Assembly (NCBI GenBank): GCA_963792965.1
Contig: CAWBYW010000007.1
Location: 160,001-224,000, forward strand
Direction of reading: 5' to 3'
DNA length: 64,000 nt
Origin: an uncultured delta proteobacterium
Lineage (GTDB): Bacteria > Desulfobacterota > Zymogenia > Zymogenales > Zymogenaceae
Under the pieces are notes generated by a model that had not been told where the DNA came from, made no database searches, and saw only the letters and a list, made by a program, of their open reading frames with translations. Below, one piece after another: positions 1 to 9,697 of the stretch (position 1 is its first letter; each line of letters opens with the position of its first letter). The translations under genes and the position numbers were made by a program.

Positions 1-2
1 GG

Positions 3-1037
3 ATCGAAAAACGGGCAAATGAGCTGGCGAAATCGGGGAATTTTCAGATCCTGAAAGAGTCGGAGGCCAAATCGAGAGGCCTCTGGGAGGAGGTAGACCT
101 GGCCGACGACTATCTGATGGGCCTTGAAAAAAAGATCGACTTTTCCATCATCAAAGAAAGGGGGATGACGATCGCGTACGATCCCCTCTACTCTACGGGC
201 ATGGGGTATCTCGACAGGATCCTCACCCGTCACGGGATAGATGTCGTCATGATCCATGACTGGCACGACCCGCTCTTCGGCGGGGGCGCGCCGGACCCCT
301 CCGGGTCGCGGCTGGCCGAGCTTTCGCATCTCGTCAAAGAGAAGGATAACGTTATCATCGGCCTTGCGACCGACGGGGACGCCGATCGGTTCGGGATCGT
401 GGATAAAGACGGCGCCTTTATCGAGCCCAATTACGTCATCGCGCTTCTCCTGGATTACCTTATCGCGGAGAAGGGATATAAGGGGGGCGCGGCGCGGACC
501 GTCGCGACGACGCACCTGATCGACGCCGTCGCGAAAAGCCACGGCATCACATGCTATGAGACCCCGGTCGGATTCAAGTATATCGGTCAGTATATCGCCG
601 AGGACAAGATCGCGGCGGGAGGGGAGGAGAGCGCGGGGTTTTCCATCTCCGGCCATGTCCCGGAAAAAGACGGCATCATCGCGTGTCTCTTAACGCTCGA
701 GATGGTCTGCCGTGAAAAAAAGACGCTCGCCGAGCTGCTGGCTGAGTTATATCGGAAGGTTGGGACCTACCGGACAAGACGGGAGAACCTGAGGCTGACC
801 GATGATTTGAATAATGAATTTACGAAGAAAATGACCGTATCACCCGTCGAATTTGCCGGTGTCCCCGTAGTGAAAAAGATCACCATAGATGGTAATAAGT
901 TTGTGCTGAAAGACGGGTCGTGGATACTGTTTCGAAAGTCGGGAACGGAACCCGTTGTGCGGATTTATGCGGAGGCCTCCGACGACACGAAGCTGACGCG
1001 GCTCATGAAATCAGGGGCCGATTTCATCACCACATAG
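3..1037 (+). CDS. Phosphoglucomutase/phosphomannomutase family protein, 5'-truncated by the window edge
   Basis: Frame open from position 3; metal loop DGDADRFG, sugar-binding GGEESAG, C-terminal RKSGTEPVVRIYAE. Confidence 0.92.
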   Translation: MEKRANELAKSGNFQILKESEAKSRGLWEEVDLADDYLMGLEKKIDFSIIKERGMTIAYDPLYSTGMGYLDRILTRHGIDVVMIHDWHDPLFGGGAPDPSGSRLAELSHLVKEKDNVIIGLATDGDADRFGIVDKDGAFIEPNYVIALLLDYLIAEKGYKGGAARTVATTHLIDAVAKSHGITCYETPVGFKYIGQYIAEDKIAAGGEESAGFSISGHVPEKDGIIACLLTLEMVCREKKTLAELLAELYRKVGTYRTRRENLRLTDDLNNEFTKKMTVSPVEFAGVPVVKKITIDGNKFVLKDGSWILFRKSGTEPVVRIYAEASDDTKLTRLMKSGADFITT

Positions 1038-1051
1038 TAAGGATAGACAAC

Positions 1052-2083
1052 GTGAAAATACGCATCGCGATACTCCTGGCGGTTATGCTCCTGACTTCTA
1101 CGGCGCTCGCCGCAGAACAGGAGCCGGTAACGGCTAAAGACACCCCGAAGATGCGAGAGGCCTACGAGAATTTCGTTCTCGGAGAAAAAAACCCGGCTTC
1201 CGCGAAGAACAACGAGGGGAATTTTTACCTGATCAAGGGGCGATATGATGAGGCAATCAATAAATATCGAGAAGCCCTCGCGACAGACCCTGCGGACACC
1301 CTTATCCTCGACAATCTCTCGTGGGCCCTGATTATGGCCGGGCGCTATCAAGAGGCGCTTGAATCCCTCAAACAATCTATCGCGATTGATCCGAAGAACG
1401 CGTCGACGAACTTTTACGTTGGGGTCGTCTACTGGATGCTTTCCGACGTGACGGACGCAAAGCCGAATCTCGAAAAGGCGGTCGCCCTCAATCCGGGTCA
1501 CCCCTATGCTCACTACTACCTTTCGATGGTCTATGAAAAACAGGGAGACCTCACCAACGCCATTGTACAGGGAGAGCTTGCCGCCTATATCCTCGGCAAA
1601 TCATGGAACCCCGATATCGCCCTCTATCTCGGCGATCTTTACGCCCGTGCAGAGATGTTTCAGAAGGCGTTGCTCCAGTACCAGAAGCTGGTCGACGAAA
1701 AGGACTACGCCTTTAGGGCTAATTATGGGCTCGGGATTGCCTACGGGAGATTCGGTGACGAAAAGATGTGCGAGAAGCATCTGTTGATGGCATATGATCT
1801 CAACCATAAAGATCCGATGGTCTCCTACGCCCTCGGGAAGCTCTACTCACAAAAGAACGATAAGCTAAAGAAGGCGCTCAGTTTTGCCAAGGATGCCCTC
1901 GGAGATGAGCCGACGAATCACCGTTTCCTCTATCTCGTCGGCTGGATCTATTATCGAATGGGGGAGAATGAAGACGCGCTCTCCTACATGAAGAAGGCGC
2001 TTACGGCCGACCCCGAGAATGCAACCTACCGAACTCAGGTGAAGGTGCTTGAAAGCGAACTGTCAAGAAAAGAGGGAAGATGA
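1052..2083 (+). CDS. Exported tetratricopeptide-repeat protein
   Basis: GTG at 1052 after AAGGA; signal peptide KIRIAILLAVMLLTSTALA; many TPR units (AxxxYxxALxxDP). Confidence 0.85.
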   Translation: MKIRIAILLAVMLLTSTALAAEQEPVTAKDTPKMREAYENFVLGEKNPASAKNNEGNFYLIKGRYDEAINKYREALATDPADTLILDNLSWALIMAGRYQEALESLKQSIAIDPKNASTNFYVGVVYWMLSDVTDAKPNLEKAVALNPGHPYAHYYLSMVYEKQGDLTNAIVQGELAAYILGKSWNPDIALYLGDLYARAEMFQKALLQYQKLVDEKDYAFRANYGLGIAYGRFGDEKMCEKHLLMAYDLNHKDPMVSYALGKLYSQKNDKLKKALSFAKDALGDEPTNHRFLYLVGWIYYRMGENEDALSYMKKALTADPENATYRTQVKVLESELSRKEGR

Positions 2084-2094
2084 TTCTTTACTGC

Positions 2095-2123
2095 TTGACA
2101 AAGAAAGAAACATAGTGTTAAAT
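2095..2123 (+). promoter_or_regulatory. Sigma70-type promoter of the tRNA operon
   Basis: TTGACA, 17 nt, then TTAAAT preceded by TG, about 20 nt before tRNA-Gly. Confidence 0.7.
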
Positions 2124-2142
2124 ATATCCGTTTTGGACATAA

Positions 2143-2217
2143 GCGGGAATAGCTCAGCGGTAGAGCATCGCCTTGCCAAGGCGAGGGTCGCGGGTTCAAA
2201 TCCCGTTTCCCGCTCCA
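2143..2217 (+). tRNA. tRNA-Gly(GCC)
   Basis: GCGGGAA/TTCCCGC acceptor stem, anticodon loop TTGCCAA, GGTTCAAATCC T-arm, encoded CCA. Confidence 0.97.
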
Positions 2218-2225
2218 CTTCTTCA

Positions 2226-2299
2226 GGCGGCATCGCCAAGTGGTAAGGCAAAGGTCTGCAAAACCTTCATCCCCGGTTCAAATCCGGGTGCCGCCTCCA
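2226..2299 (+). tRNA. tRNA-Cys(GCA)
   Basis: GGCGGCA/TGCCGCC acceptor stem, anticodon loop CTGCAAA, T-arm, U73-CCA. Confidence 0.97.
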
Positions 2300-2306
2300 A
2301 GTTCTT

Positions 2307-2393
2307 GCCTGGGTGGCGGAATAGGTAGACGCAAGGGACTTAAAATCCCTCGACGGCAACGTCGTGCCGGTTCGATTCCGGCCCCAGGCACCA
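2307..2393 (+). tRNA. tRNA-Leu(TAA)
   Basis: GCCTGGG/CCCAGGC acceptor stem, AGGGA-CTTAAAA-TCCCT anticodon arm, long variable arm, CCA. Confidence 0.97.
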
Positions 2394-2445
2394 CGAGTCG
2401 AAAGATCTCCACGGGTTGGCTGACATGCCGACCTTCTTTGTTTTG
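2331..2445 (+). repeat. Left att-like direct repeat (tRNA-Leu 3' half plus terminator)
   Basis: 115 bp, identical to 6203-6317 except at 3 positions. Confidence 0.95.
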
Positions 2446-2469
2446 CATTTGGTTAAGCTTATGGTCTCT

Positions 2470-2625
2470 TCATCTTTTTATGAGCTTCTCCCTTTTTTTG
2501 GTGGGTAGACGCCACCAACAGAAGACATAGTCTATCAACGCCTTCCACGAGTGGCCCGCCCGTTTGTGATAGATGTTTTTCTGCTTTACATTCTTTCCGA
2601 CCTTGGTGAGTTCTTTACCTGCCAT
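2470..2625 (-). CDS. Small basic hypothetical protein, 51 aa (MAGKELTKVGKNVKQKNIYHKRAGHSWKALIDYVFCWWRLPTKKREKLIKR)
   Basis: Below the ORF-track cutoff; RBS AAGAGGA before ATG; upstream TTGACT with an AT-rich -10 region. Confidence 0.55.
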   Translation of the reverse strand: MAGKELTKVGKNVKQKNIYHKRAGHSWKALIDYVFCWWRLPTKKREKLIKR

Positions 2626-2939
2626 TTATTTATCCTCTTAATTAACCCCTAAATGATCTTCATGTCAATGCTCAATGAGGATAATATTTATTCTTAGCAT
2701 AATACTTATAAGCTTTAATTGTTAAAGTCAAGCGCGTTCCGTACAGTTCGTCCTCTCGGGTCAGCCCTATTAGGCGGCTACCCCTTCAGGGCTAACAGGA
2801 CCACCGCGAGTCGTTACTTATTTACTTGTCACCTGTCAACATTTTAGTGACTAGCGCACATAGGCCTTTACTTGTCCCCTCATCTCGACTGCAAAAAGTT
2901 CGTTAAACTGATACAGCCTCACGATGGGCGGCGGGTCAC

Positions 2940-4226
2940 TTACGGCCGCTTGGACCAGCAACAATGCTTTGCCTTGCGGCCACTGCCGCAGGGACATGGG
3001 TCGTTCCGTCCGACACCTCGCCACCGAGCCAGTGACTCGGCACGCAGTTCGGCCATAATGGCGTCGGGAGTTAACCCGCGTTTCCTGAGCTGCATGACTT
3101 GTCTCAATGGTTGTTCAGCGTGAGCAAAGAACTGCCGAAAACCGCCGCAGAGATAATTAAGTCCGGGCTCACCATTCTCTGCTAAAGCGAACCGGTCTTT
3201 AAGACACCCCCCATTGCATATCGCAAGCCACGAACAAGAGCGACATTGCAAAGGAAGGCGGGCTCGTTTGTCGTTGCCGAAGCGGCGCTGTACCGGTACG
3301 TCAACCAGCGTACTAAGGGGGCAGGTCTCAATGTCACCGATGCGGTGGTCAGGAGTAACAAAGTGATCGCACGAGTACACACCGCCGTCATGCTCAACGA
3401 TGAGCACCCGACCGCATGTCGGGGCCATCCAGCATAAGCTGGCAGTCCCCCCTGACCATACCAGTGCCATTTCGGCGAACAGTTGTATATCCAGCCGTCC
3501 GAGATCGTGGCGGATCCATTCGTCGAAAACTGTACACAAGAAATACCCATATCCCTCGCCTGTCACAGACTCCGATGTCGTCTGTCCGTCCGTTGTGCGC
3601 CGCACGATGGGTATGAACTGGATCCATCCTGTATTAAGGTCTCTAAGCGCCCGGTAAACGGCGATAGGTTCTTTTGCGGTTGCGGATGTTACTGTGCACA
3701 GCAAATCAGGCTGAATACCATGGGCTTGCAGTCGGCGGACAGCCGCGACCGCACGTCCATAAGTGCCGCTGCCGCTGTGGTCTTTTCGGTATTCGTCATG
3801 CAGCCATTGTGTGCCGTCTATACTCAGCCCCACATCAAAGTGGGCATCTGCCAAAAACGAGCACCACTCATCATCAAGAAGAATCCCATTTGTCTGGAGA
3901 TTGTTCCAGCAACTCCATCCTTCCGGGAGGTATCGCTTCTGCAGTTCCACTGCAAGCCGGTAGAAGTCAAGTCCGGCCAGCGTTGGTTCCCCGCCATGCC
4001 ATGTAAACTGCACGATAGGCCCCGGGCTTGCCGCTATGTACTGACGGACATACATTTCAAGCAGACTGTCCGACATTCGGAATTGATGTGAACTTTTATA
4101 AAAACGCTCGGTCTCTAAATAATAACAGTAACTACATTCCAGGTTACAGAGCGGACCGACTGGCTTGGCCATGACAACGAATGGCTCTGAAGCCATAGTA
4201 CCAATCTTGGGGGCTTCGCCTTGCAT
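2940..4226 (-). CDS. Anaerobic sulfatase-maturase-like radical SAM/SPASM protein with C-terminal SEC-C motif
   Basis: CNLECSYC, WHGGEPTL, SPASM cysteines (CWMAPTC..YSCDH..CRSC..CNGGC..YLC), GRNDPCPCGSGRKAKHCC. Confidence 0.93.
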   Translation of the reverse strand: MQGEAPKIGTMASEPFVVMAKPVGPLCNLECSYCYYLETERFYKSSHQFRMSDSLLEMYVRQYIAASPGPIVQFTWHGGEPTLAGLDFYRLAVELQKRYLPEGWSCWNNLQTNGILLDDEWCSFLADAHFDVGLSIDGTQWLHDEYRKDHSGSGTYGRAVAAVRRLQAHGIQPDLLCTVTSATAKEPIAVYRALRDLNTGWIQFIPIVRRTTDGQTTSESVTGEGYGYFLCTVFDEWIRHDLGRLDIQLFAEMALVWSGGTASLCWMAPTCGRVLIVEHDGGVYSCDHFVTPDHRIGDIETCPLSTLVDVPVQRRFGNDKRARLPLQCRSCSWLAICNGGCLKDRFALAENGEPGLNYLCGGFRQFFAHAEQPLRQVMQLRKRGLTPDAIMAELRAESLARWRGVGRNDPCPCGSGRKAKHCCWSKRP

Positions 4227-4250
4227 TTCAACTACCTTCCTCTTAGGACA

Positions 4251-5012
4251 TCAGCGATGTTCCCCAAAGAAATCAAAGACCTTCTGCCATGCATCCATCG
4301 CCTGTTGCGGCCGGTACATGTCGTTATGATAATACCAAAATCCGTGTCCCGCGCCATCATAGCGATAGAATTTATAATTCTTCCCATATTTCTTAAGCTC
4401 TTCTTCGTGCAAGTCTACCTCTTCCGGTGTAGGGTATTGATCCTCGTTTCCAAACAACCCCAACAGAGGACAACCCAGTTGCTGCGTATAGTCAATTGGA
4501 GCAACAGGCTGGGCAGGCGTCAGATTTTCTTTTGAGACGACCACGCGGCCGCCCCAGCAGTCAACGGCCGCATTAAGGCCATTGATCCTGCACGCAGCGA
4601 GAAATGCATGGCGCCCACCGGAGCACATACCTATTACGCCTACTTTGCCGTTGGAATAAGGCAAAGAGGTCAGGTATTTCAAAGCTCCCTCACAATCTCC
4701 CATCACGCTGTCATCGGCAACGCCACCCGCGGCGCGGGCTTTTGCCGATATTTCCGCAGGAGACCCGTGTCCAAACCGGCAATAAATGTCGGGGCAGACT
4801 GCAAGATACCCATGCTGGGAGAACCGGCGAGAGGTCTCACGGCAGAACTCATCCCACCCAGGCATATGAGGAATCAATATTATCCCCGGGAACGGCCCCT
4901 TCCCAAGCGGTCGTGAAAAGTAGGCGTGTATCTGATCGCCGTTATGTCCGGTCATTGTGATTGTCTCAGCCAGCATCCCTTCATACTCATCAGTTCTTAA
5001 TTGGTCCCACAT
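4251..5012 (-). CDS. Dienelactone hydrolase family protein
   Basis: Nucleophile elbow GMCSGG, YDGAGHGF His motif; RBS GGAGG favours ATG at 5012. Confidence 0.92.
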   Translation of the reverse strand: MWDQLRTDEYEGMLAETITMTGHNGDQIHAYFSRPLGKGPFPGIILIPHMPGWDEFCRETSRRFSQHGYLAVCPDIYCRFGHGSPAEISAKARAAGGVADDSVMGDCEGALKYLTSLPYSNGKVGVIGMCSGGRHAFLAACRINGLNAAVDCWGGRVVVSKENLTPAQPVAPIDYTQQLGCPLLGLFGNEDQYPTPEEVDLHEEELKKYGKNYKFYRYDGAGHGFWYYHNDMYRPQQAMDAWQKVFDFFGEHR

Positions 5013-5224
5013 AATCATCCTCCTTGCCTTATTGATCTTTTGCCATATCTTAACTTGATTATAAACCTAAGGAACGAATTTGGATACTCTATACAAACCT
5101 GTGGTTAGTATGTTATCTACGCTCAAAGCAATGCAGGTTCTATCTCGCTCTTTATCTTATCAGAATATATGGAAAGTGGCAGGTAATTCCTAAAGGCTTC
5201 AAGATGTTGGGACTGGCTATCCAT

Positions 5225-5271
<47 letters not shown>

Positions 5272-5529
5272 CAAGGTCAATCAGTTAAGGGTCATTCGTG
5301 ACCCCTCTTTATTGCACGATAGCAACCTGCTCCCCGAAAGCGAGTCCATGTCATAAATTAGAGTTTCAAGTAAAACGGACTCAGAAAGGAGGGCAAATCA
5401 GTGGACACGAAATATACGCCTGTGGACTAACTTAAGCGGTGGTATTTTTGATAGGGATATGTCACCGCTTTCTATTACTTGCCCCCATTGGTTTTTATGG
5501 GCACCTGATTTATGATGCCTTTTTTCTTT

Positions 5530-5558
5530 TTGCTGATTTCAGAGAAGTGTACTATACT
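5530..5558 (+). promoter_or_regulatory. Sigma70-type promoter of the Lys-rich small ORF
   Basis: TTGCTG-N17-TATACT. Confidence 0.6.
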
Positions 5559-5627
5559 CTGAACCACCGAGCGGAAAGCGAGAGGCAGGAAGAAGCGCAT
5601 ATACTATTATAGGGAGGAATATTACCC

Positions 5628-5804
5628 ATGGCAAAGAGTAACCCTGGAGTGTTTGCGAGGATAAAAGAAAAACTATTTGGGAAGAAGGAAACACCCAAAA
5701 AAGCAAGCTCTTCTAAGAGCTCTGCTGCGACAAAAGCGATAGTAAAGAGCACAGGCAAGAAAAAGTCGGGAGAGAAAAGAAAGAAACCTGCAAAAAAGAA
5801 ATAG
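5628..5804 (+). CDS. Small Lys/Ser/Ala-rich (histone H1-like) protein, 58 aa
   Basis: MAKSNPGVFARIKEKLFGKKETPKKASSSKSSAATKAIVKSTGKKKSGEKRKKPAKKK; strong RBS AGGGAGG; own promoter. Confidence 0.75.
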   Translation: MAKSNPGVFARIKEKLFGKKETPKKASSSKSSAATKAIVKSTGKKKSGEKRKKPAKKK

Positions 5805-6202
5805 TCAGCGGTATTCTCGGCCAGCTCCTCATTGCTTCTCTTGGGACATCCAAATATCTGGATGCCCTTTTCATTTCGGAAGGTGGCATATTACATCTCT
5901 GCTCGGCGTGGGAGTGGAGAGGGGAGGGAACGGGCAAACCGAACGTAGGTCTTTTCGATGACGCTCGAAAATTGGGTTGAGAATACCCCGACTTAGAATT
6001 ATAAGACCAGGTACTAAAAAACTGTTCCACTTTTTCAAAAAAAAGTAGCTTCATTCTGCCTTTTCTGATAATGTAGTAAAAGTAAAACGCATTTGATGTT
6101 TTGGGAGAGAATCCGCAACAGTGCGTAATTAAAAGGAGTTTTGGTTTTTGCCAAGCCCTGCCTTACCTTCAGTCTTTAGGTGTTTTCACTTAATTTACTC
6201 GT

Positions 6203-6317
6203 GCAAGGGAGTTAAAATCCCTCGACGGCAACGTCGTGCCGGTTCGATTCCGGCCCCAGGCACCACGAGTCGAAAGATCTCCACGGGTTGGCTGACACGC
6301 CGACCTTTTTTGTTTTG
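6203..6317 (+). repeat. Right att-like direct repeat (displaced tRNA-Leu 3' half)
   Basis: Copy of 2331-2445 with no tRNA 5' half. Confidence 0.95.
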
Positions 6318-6651
6318 TCCATTTGCCGACAGAGCACGAAGTAACACTTCTTTGTGTGAGCTCACGACGTTCCGGTATAAGAGAATAGACTGGGACAGGC
6401 CGGCGGCATCTCACCGCGTGATACCGACTGAAATCATCGATACCGGCCTTCTATCCCTTTTACCGTTACGCGGGCCGGTGGCCTCACAAGCGCAGGGCGC
6501 AGATACTTCCCATGACACAGGTCGATCGGGAGCGGTGGCCGGACACGGGCGGCATCGAAAGCGCTGACGTCCCGAGGTCGGCAGGAAGACGGATCGGCGA
6601 CGCGCAAAGAAGCACGTCATAAATAATCCGAACAAAAAGTGGAGTTTCGAG

Positions 6652-7641
6652 ATGAAGCGAGTAGTGACATTCGGAGAATCGATGATACGGCTTTCGCCGC
6701 CGGGGTTCGGCCGGCTCGAGCAACCCGGCTCGTTTGACCTCCACGTGGGAGGTGCCGAGCTTAACGTGGCGGCCGGTATCGCGCGGCTCGGGATCAATTC
6801 CGCCTTTGTGACCGCGCTCCCCGAAAACCCCCTCGGAAGGCTCGTCTCCAACGAGATACGGCGTGCCGGCGTCGATACCAAGCACATCCTGTGGCAGCGC
6901 GACGGCAGGGTGGGCCTCTATTTTGTGGAGTACGGGGCAAATCCCCGTCCATCCCGGGTCGTCTACGACAGAGAGGGGTCGGCTATCGGCCGGCTAAAGG
7001 GAAGCGAGATCGATTGGAAGAAGATCTTCTCCGAATATGAGCATTTTCACACTACCGGTATAACGCCGGCGCTCGGCGCGGGGTGTCTCGAGCTGACCAG
7101 GAGCGCGCTGGCGACGGCAAAGAAGATGGGGCTTTCCACGAGTTTCGATCTCAACTATCGTGTCCGACTCTGGAGCGAGGTGAGGGCCCAGGACTCTATT
7201 ATGCCCCTCATGGAGTTGATCGATCACCTGATTACCACCGAGGAAGATATCTTTCGTGTTTTCAAGATCAAGGGAGAAAACTTCGAAACGCTGGCTAAGG
7301 ATCTCGTCGGGCGGTTTTCGCTCCAATCGTGCGCAATAACCCTCAGGGAAGACGTCTCGGTTCTGAGGAACCGCTGGACCGCTGTAGCGTCGGACGGCAG
7401 GAGCATTTTCAAAGATAAGCAGTACGAGGTCGAGGTGGTCGATCGGGTCGGGTCGGGAGACGCCTTTGGCGCCGGATATATCTACGGTGTCATTACGGGA
7501 GACATCGGGATGGGGGTTAAGGTCGGCAACGCCATGGCGTCACTGAAGCATTCGGTTCCCGGCGATATGATCGTCTGCGAAAAGGAAGAGATCATGAGCC
7601 TCGCCCAGGGCAGGGACACATCCCTGCGCATCAAACGGTGA
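6652..7641 (+). CDS. kdgK: PfkB-family sugar-acid kinase (2-keto-3-deoxygluconate kinase-like)
   Basis: FGESMIRLSP, GGAELNVA, FDLNYRxxLW, VDRVGSGDAFGAG. Confidence 0.85.
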   Translation: MKRVVTFGESMIRLSPPGFGRLEQPGSFDLHVGGAELNVAAGIARLGINSAFVTALPENPLGRLVSNEIRRAGVDTKHILWQRDGRVGLYFVEYGANPRPSRVVYDREGSAIGRLKGSEIDWKKIFSEYEHFHTTGITPALGAGCLELTRSALATAKKMGLSTSFDLNYRVRLWSEVRAQDSIMPLMELIDHLITTEEDIFRVFKIKGENFETLAKDLVGRFSLQSCAITLREDVSVLRNRWTAVASDGRSIFKDKQYEVEVVDRVGSGDAFGAGYIYGVITGDIGMGVKVGNAMASLKHSVPGDMIVCEKEEIMSLAQGRDTSLRIKR

Positions 7642-7997
7642 TTCGAGGCCGTCGGGGTCCTGGGTGAGAGGTGCACCACGGAGAGCGCTCGGGATAAGAA
7701 AGACACTGAGAAGAGCCGGCGTCCAGCGACTGTTCCTGAGCCTACGTGCCCCATATAACCGCACTTCATCGAAGAGGGTCCTTTCGGACCCGTAAACACC
7801 CGTCCATTTCACCGCACGAGTCATCAAAAACCATCCGAGAGAATCAGAGTCTAAATACAGGCGAGCGGTACGACCGATAAACCCCCGTCGGAAGGGTCTT
7901 TGAGCACATTTTCGACGTAGTGTCTGCAGGAACATCGAAAAATAACTAAGTGGCGACCGGCTTCGCGGGAATTTCCTATTACAATGCAAAATAGTGC

Positions 7998-8060
7998 TTG
8001 ACTGCTTTAAGGGAGGGGAATAGTATACGTTTTAAAGGTCTGATGGTATGATGATATGAT
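7998..8060 (+). promoter_or_regulatory. Promoter plus putative GntR/FadR operator
   Basis: TTGACT-N17-TAGTAT, then tandem 8-mers GGTCTGAT GGTATGAT GATATGAT at 8037-8060. Confidence 0.6.
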
Positions 8061-8070
8061 ATTACCTGCT

Positions 8071-8759
8071 ATGAAACCGGTAACCCGCACCAATATCTCC
8101 GAATCGATCGTTCGGCAGATGATCAATCTTATCGGTACAGGCGTCTATTCGCCGGGCCAGAAGCTTCCCCCGAGCGCGAGCTGATGCAGAGCCTCGGCGT
8201 CGGGCGCTCATCGGTCAGGGAAGCGTTCCAGGCCCTTGCGATCATGGGTCTGATCGATATACGTCCGGGCCTGGGGACCTTTGTCAGGGAGATCACCAAC
8301 GAGATGGCGATCCCCAGTAACATATTTGCCCCGCTCATCAACCCCGAGGGGACCGAGGACCTGCTCGAGGCTCGGTTGGCGGTAGAGCCGACCATCGCCT
8401 CGCTGGCGGCCGAGCGCCATACGCCTGAAGAAATCGAGGAAATTGAGCGGGTCCTTTTGGGGAGCCGCGACGCCTTCACGTCGGGAAAGCCGGTCTATCC
8501 CGTGGCGACTAATTTCCACGTCCAGATAGCCCGGGCGTCGCATAACATGGTCTTCATACGGTTTATCGAGACCGTCTCGGGCCTCTTTGCCGTTAGGGGC
8601 GCCTTGATGGAAAAGCACAAGGACTATCTCGCCTGGGAATATGATTCCCACTACTCGGTGCTCAGGGCGGTCGGCTCCGGCGACCCGGAATCGGCACGCC
8701 GCCAGATGCACGAGCATATCCAGGAAGTGACACGCCGCTACGTGACGCGCAACGACTGA
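8071..8759 (+). CDS. FadR/GntR-family transcriptional regulator (one apparent frameshift near 8170)
   Basis: MKPVTRTNISESIV..PGQKLP joins ERELMQSLGVGRSSVREA if one C is added to the C-run; FCD domain follows. Confidence 0.9.
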
Positions 8760-8989
8760 CGGGGCGCTCCGTCAGCCGATCTCCTTCAGGGCGGAGAGGG
8801 GAGGGGCGGAACATCGAACCGGGCGGACGTCGGTGAGGTAACACGCACGGTGCTCCGTCATGGATTTGGCACCCTTCCAAACGCGGCGGCAGGTATAAAC
8901 GACGACAGAAGCCCGACGAAGCGCCTCGCAACGGGCGTTCGGTACAACGTCATACCGTCTTTCATCGGAACAACGATAAGGAGAAACCC

Positions 8990-9697
8990 ATGTCACCAGC
9001 ACAACTTTCCCACGAGGAGATCATCGCGTTGTGCGCGCGCCTCGAAAAGACCTACACGCCGGCCGTGTCCGATACACTCGACGGCATGGGGCTCATGAAC
9101 CAGGCCATGTGCTCGGGTTTTTCCCCCATCATTACGGGGAGCGTCGTGGCGGGCCCCGCCTTTACCCTCGATGAGGCGAAAACCAAAAAGAGCCAGAGAC
9201 TTTCCGAATACAACCCGGAGTTCGTCGCCCAGGCCCTCACCGCCGTATTCGGGACCATGAAGAAGGGGCAGGTGATCGCGGTAAACACGAACGGATTTTC
9301 GGGAGCCGGGGCGTTCGGAGAGCTCATGTCCACGACGAGCAAGTACTACGCAGGCGTAAGGGGGGCGGTGGTCGACGGGCCGATACGTGATATCGGCCGA
9401 ATCAGGGAGATCGATTTCCCCGTCTGGGCCACGGGAAACATACCAACCGATTCGATCGGGAGGGTCGATCTTGTCGGTGTCGGCGGCCCGATCTTCTGCG
9501 GGGGGGTCCGGGTCAACCCGGGAGACATAATCTTTGCGGACTGCGACGGGGTGGTCGTGGTCCCGATGGCCGACGTCGATCTCGAGGAAGTCGTCCGAAA
9601 GGCGGAAGAGGTCGTGGCGGCCGAGCGGCGCTCCCGCCGGGAGATCAAGGGTGGCAGCTCGCTGCTCGATGTCTACAAGAAGTACGGGAAACTCTAA
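8990..9697 (+). CDS. RraA-family (HMG/CHA-type) aldolase/decarboxylase
   Basis: TPAVSDTLD, GAFGELMS, GAVVDGPIRD, GGVRVNPGDIIFADCDGVVVVP. Confidence 0.88.
   Translation: MSPAQLSHEEIIALCARLEKTYTPAVSDTLDGMGLMNQAMCSGFSPIITGSVVAGPAFTLDEAKTKKSQRLSEYNPEFVAQALTAVFGTMKKGQVIAVNTNGFSGAGAFGELMSTTSKYYAGVRGAVVDGPIRDIGRIREIDFPVWATGNIPTDSIGRVDLVGVGGPIFCGGVRVNPGDIIFADCDGVVVVPMADVDLEEVVRKAEEVVAAERRSRREIKGGSSLLDVYKKYGKL

Noticed and set aside
5713-6054. 113-aa minus-strand ORF as an integrase/excisionase remnant
   Set aside because: No recombinase or HTH motifs, no clear RBS, and it overlaps the better-supported Lys-rich ORF.
6148-6567. 139-aa ORF sharing KIPRRQRRAGSIPAPGTTSRKISTGWLT with ORF 2240-2530
   Set aside because: The identity is just translation of the tRNA-Leu att repeat; not a protein family.
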